Below are positions 26,335 to 40,355 of a DNA stretch of 64,000 nt, piece after piece. Origin of the DNA: Mytilus trossulus (Eukaryota); NCBI RefSeq assembly GCF_036588685.1, contig NC_086376.1, forward strand, positions 35,278,001 to 35,342,000. The letters run 5' to 3'. A program made the position numbers and the translations under genes. Each line of letters begins with the position of its first letter. The first letter of the stretch is position 1. The notes under the pieces were generated by a model that ran no database searches, was not told the origin of the DNA, and saw only the letters and a list, made by a program, of their open reading frames with translations.

Positions 26335-26909
26335 GATAAAGTTTGGGATTATGTCAGTTTGAGTGGAACTCTTTATGGTAAGTCATTGATAAGTCAGTAT
26401 AAAGAAAACCTCTAATGAAAAGTCAATATAAGGTATGCAGTTGTATTAGCATTGACACATCTAATAATTTCCATAGCGATTTTTATACATCACGTGCACA
26501 TGCTCAATCTTAATCTATTGACTTTGAAACTTTGCAAAGTTCAAGTTAAAGTTTGAGACAGTGTCAGATCCAGAGAAACTATAATTCATTTGAAAGTAGT
26601 TTAAAGTTCAAATGTTCGAGTTTTGCCATTTAAATATCAACATCTTAATTACATACGGTCAATACTCCTCTCTTTGACAAAAAAACATATTTCTTAGGGA
26701 CGGGTTATTAAAAAGTTTTGTATTTTTAAAAGGAGCTCCTGAAATAGAATAGGACCTCTATAATTCAAATTCAGGATATCTATAAATCACGGCTTTTCTT
26801 CTTCTGGCATAGATTACCTTAGCTGTATTTGGCAAAACTTTTGGGAATTTTGGTCCTTAATGCTCTTCAACTTCGTACTTTATTTGGCCGTTTTAACTTT
26901 TGGTTCGAG

Positions 26910-26951
26910 CGTCACTGATGAGTCTTTTGTAAACGAAACGCGCGTCTGGCG
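26910..26951 (+). ncRNA. Type I hammerhead ribozyme within a dispersed repeat (~26795-26992)
   Basis: Stem I CGUCA/UGGCG, core CUGAUGA, stem II GUCU-UUUGU-AAAC (one mismatch), GAAA, palindromic stem III ACGCGCGU, and a GUC cleavage triplet (after C26946). Confidence 0.75.
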
Positions 26952-28770
26952 TATATACAAAATTTAGTCCTGGTATCTATGATGAGTTTATTCACTCAAC
27001 GTTCCTGCAATATTTCAGAATCTCCCATCATTTTCGTCTTTTGTACTCTATAATTATATATTTGTTGTAACAATTATTCAAGTATTTTCTTTCCTAAATG
27101 TGCAGCAGCTTCTTATTTTGAAAGAGATGACATATCAATGGAAATAATACCCCACCCACACATTTGTTCACCATTAAACTCGTATTGCAGATGCAGTCAA
27201 TGTTCTGTGTTGATACCAAGTGAGTGAGACTGGGAACATAATTATATACTGACTGTTAGATATTCTCTTCCCAGGATGATTTAAAAAAATAAAAAAGATT
27301 TATATGTTTTTTAAATCATTTGCAGTTAACCTAATTAATCGAGAAATCAGTGATAAAACTGTTTTGTGAAATGCCTGTAATAGTCATGCGAATGTAGCTC
27401 AAGTCGAGAATCGTAAAACTATCGAGTTATTTCTCTTTTGATAATGATTTGAAACTTTCTATCAGCAGGATATTACTATTCTATAAGTTTGTTGGTTCGT
27501 CTTTGATCTTTTTTATAAATGAGTTGTGTCCTTTTCAAGATATTTTTTGAATTGCACCTTTTATTTGACTTTTGGTTTATGATTGATGAAGGCAACAGTA
27601 CACACTACTTTATACAAAGACGACTTCATCTGGAGGAATAAATTTCCTTTATTTTGTGTTTCCTGTCCCCCATAACATAATACACATTGAACTGTTCAAA
27701 CATTTTTCTTTCTTCATGATATTTAGTTATAATTAATTATGATAATATATATGAATATATATTGTATTATTCAGCATGTATGGTGTTGCTTTTCAACATT
27801 TTATACATGTATAAAAACGATGATGTATATACATGTATGAAAACGATGCTGTATAAATGTTACAGTGAATTTGTATAATCAGGGATTATGCCAGTAGAAT
27901 CCCTAAAATGTTCAGGGATTATACAGAATAACTAAAATGTACTAAAATATATAACATATTGAAATATAATAAAAGTTAACAGTATTATATCAAACTAATA
28001 ACCATAATATTGTAAAACATTACTGAGGCTTAATATATTAATATGAAAGACATAAAAATATTGAAATGTTAAAAAACAATATAATTAAATGATAAGCCAA
28101 ATATATATTGAATAATTGATGCTTTGTTTTTAATACTGACTTTATCAGTATTAGTATCAAGCGCGCCCTTTTTCATACCGACTGTATCAGTATTAATAAT
28201 AAGCGAGCCCACAAGGGCGGGTTGATAAAGTCAGTATGAAAATATTAAATGGCATAATGATTATTATTTGCATCGTATTGTTTTATTAATTGTTTTGGGG
28301 TTGAGAATATGAATTAAAATGAAAATGTCATTAACACTATTTTTATGCGTACAATCGTTTTGATAAATGTAAATTTTATGTTCAATATTTTAAAAATAAA
28401 CATTTTATTTACAAACTTGATTTGGGTGGCTTCGACTATTACACATGTGCCCTGCTTTTCTACAGGTATATCTACCAAATTCATATTTGTTTTTACCACA
28501 ATGTCAACATTTAAAAAACCTTGTCCCCCATATCGAATCATATTTTACGGTACGTCTCAGGGAAATAGAGTTTTCAGCACAAATATCTGAAGGTACCAAT
28601 GAAGGGAAATCAGCAACCTCAAACTGATTTCGTGTATTAAAGATCCGAGCAGGGTCCATACTATTTGACAAGGCGATATCCTTCTTAAATCTGTTTGTGA
28701 ATTAGATGTTTCACAAAATTCTATCAAACTGTCCAAGTTGGACAGACGCGTTTTCCTGTCACTATATATA

Positions 28771-29704
28771 TGTTCCGGACCATATGAGTATTTGGACCAT
28801 ACGCGTATGGTCATGACCATATGGGTATAACTCATATGGTCCGACCATACGCGTATGGTCCGACCGTACGCGTATGGTCGGGGTAATTAACACTCTGTTA
28901 CAGTTTACTTTCAATACTTCTAAACTCGTTCATTAAAAAGACGCTATCATATATTTAATAGGTAATTTTATTATAATATCATAATAAAACGATTAACTGA
29001 ATAAGAATTAGAAGTTTCACACAGTTAATTTTACTTACTTGTCAAAACTTTAATAAGCACATTTTATACCGATGGTCATTACCGATTTGTTATTACGAGT
29101 GAATGGCAATATGTCGACTTAAAAAAATTAATTCCAAAAATTTCTTAATGAACTGTTACCCGAGGAAGTCACTGGAAAGTAAAATAGTTTATTTAAGTTA
29201 TCTTGTGAGTATGGTGTATTGCAGTCATGCTACGATATTTGAGATCTAGAGCTTCATAAAAAAAACAAAAGGTGTAAATGAAAAGGATCGTGCACAACCA
29301 AGTCTTGCAAATGCAAAAAAGCTATGATACCGTGTTGAAGTAAATGTCACCCAAGCCTATATGCAAGAATGTAATTAGCGATGAAAACTAACTATTGCAT
29401 CAATATTTTATTTTAACGTAGTATTCAAATTATAAAAATAGTACCTTGCCATCTAACCATCATTGTTTTTATTAGATAAAGTTATGGTATTATTGAAACT
29501 TGAATAATGTAATTTTAACAAAAATACCTATATGGTCCCAATACTCATATGGTCCGGCCCGTTAATAACCAAACTAGTATTATACTCATATGGTCCGACC
29601 ATACGCGTACGGTCGAACCATACGCGTATGGTCGGACCATATGAGTATACGCATATGGTCATGACCATACGCGTATGGTCCAAATACTCATATGGTCCGG
29701 AACA
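28771..29704. mobile_element. MITE/foldback element with ~110-bp TIRs built from palindromes, inserted in (TA)n
   Basis: TGTTCCGGACCATATGAGTATTTGGACCATACGCGTATGGTC… at the left end and its inverse at 29595-29704. Repeated palindrome ACCATACGCGTATGGT. TATATA on both flanks. Confidence 0.88.
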
Positions 29705-32090
29705 TATATACCACCTACCTAAAAAAAATCAGGTTTTTTTTCTGTTCAAGCTTTGATTTCCTAAGTTAAGCTTCGTAGGTTCAGATTCAATAGTTCATTA
29801 AATTTCGTTTCGTATCAAATTTTCTATATCAAAGTCTATCTCATTAGCAATTATCACCTTACAAGAAAGCGATTGCTTAAGTTCGTGTTTAATGTATCCC
29901 TATGGGAATTTTTGTTTGTAGTGAAGCAGCTGGCACTGAAATGCAGCATTTTAATATGGATTGCATTTAGACTTCTAATAACTTCACAGAAGTTTTCAGT
30001 TCTATCGCACTATGATGCAATATATTATTTGGGGCCAATAGTTGAATGTATTATAGGGTCTGCACATTTGATAGATAATAGTATTAAACTGGAGTTATCA
30101 TTGTATAAATCTTACAAAACTGTTGAATTATCTGTATTGATTTTACAGGGAACATTTATTTATTTATTTATATGGCAATATGAAAGACTTCGGAGTATTA
30201 ATCACTTGAAAAAAACTTCGTGATACATTACAAACGTTATTTGATTAAAAAAAGGTAAATTCCTAATGTTAAGGAAATTGATAAACCATTGCATGTATAC
30301 TAGTATATACTGTACTACGTCCTCTACGCACTATTTCACTGAAACGTTTGATTGCTACCTTAAAACTTTCGTATTTCATTGCCGGCTTTTAAACCACCAG
30401 TCAACACAGAATCATAGTGCACGTGAAATATAGCCGAGATAGTAGACATAAAAAAAAAGAGCGATGCCAGGAAAAAAAGATGGGTCCAACTATATGTCCC
30501 TATTCAAATACATTGATCGTCTGTTTGTTAATTTAACTTTGTCACTACACACATTTCCAATGAGTTTCTGTTCGATAATAAAGAAAATCACGTGTTTAAA
30601 AGTGAAACTAAGCCATTCAAGTATGAAGTATTTTCAAAATGGTTTTGAATTTGAATAGCATATGAATTTATCAACTTTGGAGTTCCTACAATATAAAAAT
30701 AAGAAGATAATGTATTATTGGCAATGGAACATCTCACCACCAAAGACCAACTCATGGAATTGAAGTTTACAACCACAAATCCACGTACGACCTTCGATGA
30801 GCAAAACCTATACCGCGAGCCATAAAAGTAAAACAATTCAAACGAGAAAACTAACGGTCTGATTTATGTACTTTTCTTAAATCGAATTTATATAAATCTG
30901 ACATATATCATATCAATTAAACTTCAGAAATTCGTTTTCTTTCCAAAGTTAGTTCTAAAATGTCACGTCATTTATCATGATATATATTGAAACAATTTAA
31001 AATAAAAAAAGATTAGACTATTCATCCAAGATCTGAGTTTCTCTATTATGTTATGACAGAAGATGATTTTATGATCGATGACTTCAACTGTATACTTTTC
31101 GCCTCTCCTGATCTTTATTGACAGAACATAGAGAATTCCAAACAAGGCATTCTAATCAACTTGTTGAGTTAACAAGCGTTTTGTTCACACAAATATGTAA
31201 TAGTGGTAACTATGTTTAGAACCGATGCAAATATTTCCAATCCATTTAATGCCATGGTAATTCAATAGCCAATGTATCAACTAAGTTCCTAATTGATCAT
31301 TCTTGTGGGGGAATTTTTAATCTTGGCACTAAAAATTTACAAAACTGCATGCAAATATTGTTTTAGACTTCCCCGTCATTGGCGTCTCGGCCCACTCGTG
31401 ACTAAAATGATTTAAAACGATTGTTTTTAATTTTCAAGCATGTTTGCAGATTTCCGTAGACTTAAACCGAAAACAGAAATAAACCGGGACAGGAAAGGAT
31501 TATTGTGCTTATAAGGGGCTTATTCGCCTTGATTAGCAGATTTAAAAAATAAGGAACCAAAGACAAATAAAAAGTACCGAAACTGAATGAAAAAAAATGT
31601 GACATATCGATGCATTGCGCATTTTCATTTATTTGATTTTTTCAACGGCACCACCAGATCAATGTAACTTACATCGGTGAACAGAAAAGTGACCCTGTGA
31701 CGCACTCACAAGCAAATAGAACGATTTAAAAATTGAATAGCGGCAACGAATGTGTATTAACCATATATAAGATACTTAGTATCCCTTATTTAATCAAGTT
31801 AATACAGATGGCGGCTTTAGTTGTAGTTTCATTTGATAGGAAAGCAGATACATATCAACTTTCATCCCATCAGAGATCTTAATTAACAGTGGAACGTAAA
31901 AGTTGTTTAAAATATAGTTCATTATCATACGAAAATTCTTTTTTTATCGTGTTTTTTTTTATGGTTTTTGGCGAGACTAATTTTATCCGCCATATTCAAG
32001 AATGGCAGACAAATGAAAATCAAATAAAAAATCTAAAACCTTTTTAACTAGATGTGAAACAAAACAAAAATGAGTAATAAAGTCGTTTAA

Positions 32091-32362
32091 GGTGGTACCT
32101 AACACCTGAACTAAAATTAATTTGGCTCGTTTAATTTTCTTAAAATTTTGACAAAGTATTTACTTTGACCCTTTGACAAAAATATAAAAAAATCAAAATA
32201 ATTGAACCAACCGTTTAATCAGAAAAATTACACTGATTATATAGCAGTTTGACAAACACTCATTTTGTCATTGCGAAGCTTAATATTCCCTTAAGAACAC
32301 AACGTCATTTAAACGTTCTGCTGATTTTACAGAGTTATCTCCCTGTAGTGTTAGGTACCACC
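32091..32362. mobile_element. Kolobok-like MITE (272 bp)
   Basis: TTAA on both flanks and a perfect 15-bp TIR GGTGGTACCTAACAC with purine-purine termini. A degenerate relative lies at ~52295-52550. Confidence 0.8.
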
Positions 32363-35294
32363 TTAAGTTTCATAATGGAATGCAAAGGATATTTGGGTTA
32401 TCATACCGGTCTACTGTTCGCGATCCGCGTATGCATGCACTCTTCAATCTAATATAGGTGGGTAGATGAATGTTGGAATGCATTAGAAAGCCCTGTATAC
32501 ATGTTACATGGTGTTGGATAAAGGATCGTCTTTTAACTGTCTCATGACTTTGGTCAGAACCAGGCTTTTTGATGATATCTATGACTGCGTGATAGGCAAC
32601 ATACAACTGGGTTTTATCGTATTAATCTGACACTGACAGTAGCCATTACAAAGTAAAATACTTTCAAATCCACGGACACCAATAGCCAAATGGTTATCCT
32701 GTCTGACTAACTTTAATAACAACGACAAAATATGTAATACATATGCCAATGATTATCAAAGCATCGAAGTGTACGTTCTTGAACTTATATAATATATTGG
32801 ATAGTCAATCACTCCTAAAATCCCCGTAGTAGTAAAAGTAATATCTTGATATTCTCAAGTCCAAATAAAGTGAAGAATTACATAAACTATCAAAAATTTA
32901 CCTTCAACACCGAATTCTCCAAATAACAAAAAAACATTAGTATGTCTTTTGATTGAGTTAAGCTTTCAATGAATATTTTATAGTGTGTATTTCTATGTTG
33001 TGATGTTGTGGTGTAGCACTTTTGTTTCAAGCAAGGGTGAATGTTGGTACCTATTTAACAAAACGTTCAAACCCGCTGCAATTGTTTGCACCTGTCATAT
33101 GCAGTGACCCTGATGTTCAGTGGTCGAAGACCGTTCTTTGACCTATAATGGTTTATTTTTTATAAATAGTGACTTGGATGGAAAGTTGTCTCATTGGCAC
33201 TCATACCACATCTTCTTATATATTAATATATTTGACAATAGACAACCAATGACGAGCATCATACTTTTGGACAAGCATAAACATATGTGACATGGAGGAT
33301 AAAATATTTTTTTTTTTTTTTTAGATTTTGACTTTCTCCTTTTTAATCTCAATAAGCAAACTAAAAATAAGATACATACAATAACACAAATGTATAGCAA
33401 AATAACACAGAAAATGCACTCAATCGTACAAAAACTGGAAAGATAACGAAACGTAGTTACTAAAAATAAACAATCATGACCATTGTATATCGCTAGTAGC
33501 GAAAAAAACATAAGTACTTAGTCTTATCAAACTGTCTATGTGCCGTCTTAAACTCTAATATATGCGACTGCACTTCAAAAATAGATTTCATTTTATGCAA
33601 GAACGTCATTCACAGTACAGAAAGACTTACAATACTCAGATCAAACTATCACGGTGCGAAGTTATCAGTTTCATTCTATATTCACACCACCTTATTAAAA
33701 CTATTAACATTATCATAACCACTAAATGTTCTGAATGGATGGCGTATACTGATGCTTAAGTTCGATTGGTTAGAATTGGACATAGAATTGGGAACATGTC
33801 CCGCACAGGAGATGATGTTAAATCATATAGTATGTGTATACAAGACCATAATGTATGATTTAACAAAGCATCCGTACCTTTTAAGAAATGTTCAATTGGC
33901 AACTTAGATTGTTCAGTATATTATATTATGAACTATGCCAGTAAAAAGTAGGCGCAAAACGCAGACTACTTGCTGAAATAATTGTTATCTCTTTGAAAAA
34001 TACAGTGCGTTAAAGTTAGTAATCCAAAGAACGACAAAAAACATAAGGAAGATAATATCTCCTTTAAATTGTTTTTAGAAAAAAAATGGGGGAAATGACT
34101 GATCACAACTGTGCTTAAGGGAGTATGAATCTCATTTCCAATGAATGCACATTATATTCTTTAAGTAATAGGTTAAAGTAATATAAATTACAGTATGTGT
34201 TAACAAGACTTCTGTTTTAATCTTATACTCTAGCATCCTTCATTTAAGTCGAATATTTGAACTGTATTTGAAGAAATATAATAACTGGTACCGCCGATCA
34301 ACAAGTATACCCTTGGTAACCTAATCAGTTGTGGGGGTTATTAAGAGTCAATAGTTTGTTTTATTCCCCTAAAGTTGACGTATAAATTGCTACAGTTATT
34401 ACCGGAATACTTCCAGTGTTTATTCCCGGTTTGACTATTTACGTAATAATTTAATAAGGTGGTATACTCCCAGAAGAATATTAGTACCAAATCAAAACTT
34501 ATTGATTCCGATTTTATATAGTTATGGAAGCCTTTCATCTTGGTGGCCTAACTGACATTGATGATAATAGTTCTGAACATTATAATGACCCACTGATTAT
34601 TTTATGTTTGTTTTAATGTACAATATAAACATTTAGGCGAACAATCAATCTCTTAACTAAATAAACAGAAAAATCTCTTAAATACGATATCAATCGTAAA
34701 TCAAATGGCTCCATATATTTTCATCCATCATAACTTTTCTTCGTATGTGGAACTAATGACATCATGATTAGAATCGCATGCAACTTTAATTCAGGATGTA
34801 AGCGACATGTAATCTTAATATTTGCGTTTTGTAAACAGTAAAGAAAATCTGTAGGATTGTCCGTCCTGTATAGACATGAAATATATTTGTCGCTGAACGT
34901 TAAGTTAACTACAATCAACCGCTTATAATAATTACTATGAGATAGCATTCCGTTCCTCCGAGATTGCATTGCTTTCAAAAGGTTCAGATCAAAGCTGAAC
35001 TATAGTGATTGAAATGTTCTCCAATTTGGGCAAGGATTTTAACCTTTGATATATATAAACTTTTAAAATATTGCTTAATCAAGTCATAATAGAAGAACTA
35101 TTTAACCAATTGAACTTCGCTGCTATATAATGATAACTTGAAAAAAGGCGGGAGATATCAAACGGACATTTAAAACTCAAAAGTCGAAGAAGAACTGACA
35201 ACTCCATATCAAAAAGCAAAGATTCTCAATAAAAAAAATGGAGTTTATCTCAAGTGTTTCAGAAGGGGAAAAAGATGTCTGATTACATAAGAAT

Positions 35295-37118
35295 TTTTTC
35301 TGAAACCTAAACTGACCGACATTGTTTGTCTCTAGATATTCCTTGATATTTTCTGAAACCTAAACTGGCCGACATTGTTTGTCTCTAGATATTCCTTGAT
35401 CTATTCTGAAACCTAAACTGGCCGACATTGTTTGTCTCTCGATATTCCTTGATCTATTCTGAAACCTAAACTGGCCGACATTGTTTGTCTCTAGATATTC
35501 CTTGATCTATTCTGAAACCTAAACTGGCCGACATTGTTTGTCTCTATATATTCCTTGATCTTTTCTGAAACCTAAACTGGCCGACATTGTTTGTCTCTAG
35601 ATATTCCTTGATCTATTCTGAAACCTAAACTGGCCGACATTGTTTGTCTCTAGATATTCCTTGATCTTTTCTGAAACATAATCTGGCCGACATTGTTTGT
35701 CTCTAGATATTCCTTGATCTTTTCTGAAACATAAACTGCCCAACATTGTCTGTCTCTAGATATTCCTTGATCTTTTCTGAAACCTAAACTGAACCTGAAC
35801 TGGCCGACATTGTTTGTCTCTAGATATTCCTTGATCTTTTCTGAAACCTCATCTAGCCGACATTGTTTGTCCCTAGATATTCCTTGATCTTTTATGAAAC
35901 CTAAACTGGCCGACATTGTTTGTATCTAGATATTCCTTTATCTTTTCTGAAACCTAAACTGGCCGACATTGTTTGTCTCTAGATATAATTCCTTGATCTT
36001 TTCTGAAACCTAAACTAGCCGACATTGTTTGTGTCGAGATATTCCTTGATCTTTTCTGAAAAACCTAAACTAGCCGACATTGTTTGTTTCTAGATATTGC
36101 TTGATCTTTTCTGAAAAACCTAAACTGTCCGCCATTGTTTGTTTCTAGATATTCCTTGATCTTTTCTGAAACCTAAACTGGCCGACATTGTTTGTCCCTA
36201 GATATTCCTTGATATTTTCTGAAACCTAAACTGGCCGACATTGTTTGTCTCTAGATATTCCTTAATCTTTTCTGAAACCTAAACTGGCCGACATTGTTTG
36301 TCTCTAGATATTCCTTGATCTTTTCTGAAACCTTAACTGGCCGACATTGTTTGTCTCTAGATATAATTCCTTGATCTTTTCTGAAACCTTAACTGGCAGA
36401 CATTTTTGTCTCTAGATATTCCTTGATCTTTTCTGAAACCTAAACTGGCCGACATTGTTTGTTTCTAGATATTCCTTGATCTTTTCTGAAACCTAAACTG
36501 ACCGACATTGTTTGTCTCTAGACATTCCTTGGTCTTTTCTGAAACCTAAACTGGCCGACATTGTCTGTCTCTAGATATTCCTTGATCTTTTCTGAAACCT
36601 TAACTGGCCGACATTGTTTGTCTCTAGATATAATTCCTTGATCTTTTCTGAAACCTAAACTGGCCGACATTGTTTGTTTCTAGATATTCCTTGATCTTTT
36701 CTGAAACCTAAACTGACCGACATTGTTTGTCTCTAGACATTCCTTGGTCTTTTCTGAAACCTAAACTGGCCGACATTGTCTGTCTCTAGATATTCCTTGA
36801 TCTTTTCTGGAACATAAACTGGCCGACATTGTTTGTCTCTAGATATTCCTTGATCTTTTCTGAAACCTCATCTAGCCGACATTGCTTGTCTCTAGATATT
36901 CCTTGATCTTTTCTGAAACCTCATCTAGCCGACATTGTTTGTCCCTAGATATTCCTTGATCTTTTATGAAACCTATACTGGCCGACATTGTTTGTCCCTA
37001 GATATTCCTTGATCTTTTCTGAAACCTAAACTGACCGACATTGTTTGTCTCTAGACATTCCTTGATCTTTTCTGAAACCTAAACTGGCCGACATTGTTTG
37101 TCCCTAGATATTCCTTGA
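35295..37118. repeat. 53-bp tandem satellite B (~34 units)
   Basis: Unit CTTTTCTGAAACCTAAACTGGCCGACATTGTTTGTCTCTAGATATTCCTTGAT, head to tail with no spacers. Confidence 0.97.
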
Positions 37119-40100
37119 TAAGGACAACTTTGATATAAAATGAAGATGTATTGATTGATTGATTAATTGTATTAAAAGTCACTTTCAGTAAGTAGTAGTT
37201 GAATACAGCTACCACTATTTGGGGTTCGAACACAAAAAATCAGTTATAACAGGCTAATGATCGCTTTACATGAACTAGTTAAACAACTCAGTCATCATTG
37301 AAAGAAGCTTGAATATCAAATTTGAAATCAAATGATGGCAAGAATTGCTACCCAGTAATAACTATGATCAGTGGATGTTTTGATAAAAACGATCAAATTT
37401 TACCAGTAAAATGCAATGCCATTTGCCAGTTTTAAAATTAAACCGTTATTCTAATAAATGGACGAAATTTTATAAAGATGTTTATCTTTCCAGCCTTAAC
37501 TGTTTTAATATGAATTCTTATTTAAAGCTCGCGTGGTTTTATAGGCATTAGAACTAATCTCAGACTATTTATGGTTACATAAGGCTGCACACTGTATCAA
37601 CAATAACTATAAAGAACTTTTTATTAGCTCTATCAAACTATCCAATTTTATTTGAACTATTAAAATAATGACTTAAGAAATACGAGAAAACTATGGTTAA
37701 GAACCAGCCATGATAGATCAATAGGAACGTCAAATATTTACTTGCATTAGAAGATGCACGTGAGTCACAGAATAACCCAATTCAAAATCTGGGAAGAAAG
37801 ATGATCTATCAATATTACTGAATCATACAAAAACTGTAATTGCATAGAAAATATAGATAGTCATACTGTTTCTATGATTTGTCTGTACTCTATCAGAGGG
37901 TCAAACAAATCGACCAGATTTATTCCTATACTTTAAGGTGTATCATGGACATCAAGGTCAAATAAAGCCAATACAATCATTCCTTTACTATAAGGCACAA
38001 CTACAAGGATCATAGAGTACCATATTACTAGAATTAAAAACAAGTTAAGATGATAAGATACGAAAAACTGTAGAGAAAATATACGAGTAATTGAATGATT
38101 GATCAAAGTCCAATTACTTCATTCACATCTTTAAAAGAAAATCACGCAAAATGTTTTATAATTATTTGAATAAATGTAATGTTAATGGGAAAAAAATACG
38201 CTTTAAATTTGAGATTCGATTTCTTCCGGATCCGGTATTTAAAACATTACACTTATAAAATATAGTCCTATGTAGGAATCTACTTCAAATTATCTAACAC
38301 ACAGATTGCCACCATCAAAGCAAGTCAACGAAATATATAAATATATATATATATATGTAGCTGTCTTCAGGCCGTGCAAGGCTGAAATTAAATGTAACAT
38401 CATTTTCATAATTGATATCTAGTTCTATTGATACTGTTTGGTCTCATAACGAAGAAGGATTTGATATCGCTTGATATTGACTAGAGTTGTTTAATTTCAA
38501 TATTATAATAGACGAGCCTTGGCGAGTTTATAATTATCATTGAAATAAATAATGATATTTAATATCGAGTTATGTCTAGTTTTCATGAGTTGTTAAGCGT
38601 ATCACTTCTTTATATGCAGAAACTATCATTGTCCTGGTGTTATATAACCGATTCACTTCAAATACGTCTAGTTTGCTTGGGAAAAAATTGCCAGAAACCC
38701 AGACTACTCTAAACATCATGTTTCCATTGTTTGTAGACGGTTTAAAATAGAACCAGATTTGACAAAAATATAGTTCCATGTGAATCGTGTTAGTGTTTTG
38801 CATGTTATTGAAGAATCATAAATTTTCATTATGAAGGGGGAAATGAGCATGACCTTTGAAAGTCGTCATTTGACACAAAGAGTAGCCAATGTAAATGTCG
38901 CAATTTTAAACACACATTGCAAAACATGGCAATCAAACCATTGGATTATTTTGAATCACTATTTTATATCACTCGCCGACCAGTGTGATACAAGACATTT
39001 ATATGTCTGCTTGCGGCATATGGATAATAAGTCACAATCATAAGAGACTGTAAAATGCATAGAAATATACTAGTTTTAGTGATTCCTTTGGAAAATCTTT
39101 TTTTCGATGGGGGTATTCATATATAATGTATGCGAATACATTTTCTAAATGTATGAAAAATCATCCAAAATTAACCAGATTTTCTTACCTAAAAATTGTT
39201 CGTGAAGTCTTTTTCTTTTGGGTTTGTTGAATTGTTGTTTATTTATTTTTGACAACTATAGGTGAAACTGTGCAAATATTATAAAACGAAAGCCACAGTG
39301 ATAAACTTGTGAGATTTCAAAATATAAACGAAATAGGGGGGGGGATAGTAGTGCAATTTAAGTTACACTTGTTTTCTTTTTTTTTTTATCCAGGGATACT
39401 TTCTTTATTTGAGAGTCTAGACAAGTAAGACTTGTTACGAGGAAAAAAATAGTCATTATTATTCTTGTAAATGGTATATTAACCAACCTTTAGATTTTCT
39501 ACTTTTCAACTGATTTTTTTTAATAAGATAACAATTTATTTAAGAATAAGGTCTAATATTGTTTGTTAATCTAAGAAAACAAAATTAAACCATCCAAGAT
39601 GAAATATGGATTTGTATACATCTAATTCTAAGTTACGTAGACGTCTGGCGTAGGAATATATTACTCTGACGGGTTAAGAGGCCATTACTGTGATGGAAAT
39701 AACATGTAGTTGTGATTTAAAGAAATAATACTCATACATCAGAAGTGATTATAACGTATACAATGGACTATTATAAATCTAGACAAATCTAAATAAGGCT
39801 GTTCTATCTGTGATTTATCTAGCTTGTTTTCATGACAAGTGATTGATGGAATTCTGAAAAACTTTGATCATGATAGCAAAGATAGTATGGTGTCTTTCCA
39901 AATTAGAAAATATAATATAACATGTGGGTAGCATTATAAATAGACCATCGGCAAAGAGGAAATTATCATGCAGCTACAGAACATATAAGTACCTGCCTGA
40001 TTTTAGAGGAGTTTATACTGCTCAGTTCTCAGTTTGTATTGTACTGTTGATTATTCTTCTGATTGTTTTTCCCCTCTTCTTTTTTTTCTTTCTTTTCAAT

Positions 40101-40355
40101 TTAAGTGCTTGCTCTAAATTACTGTTGAAAAAAAAAGAAAAAAAAAAGTTTTTTTACCGGTTTTATGCATTCTTTGCATAGAATTTCTAGTTTCTTCATT
40201 CAAATGGCGGATGTAAGGGATCAACCATTTAATTTCAAGCGGGTATGGTTTTATGTCTAAGTGAGAAATTTTATATATCTATTTTTTTAGTTTCAACGCT
40301 ATCAATCAAATTTTTTTCTTTCAAAATTTAACACTATTAGGTATAGGGAAATAAC

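Noticed and set aside
35295-37118. CRISPR-like appearance of the regular arrays (also 22410-24500 and 56650-57620)
   Set aside because: Units are contiguous with no unique spacers, no cas genes are present, and the context is eukaryotic.
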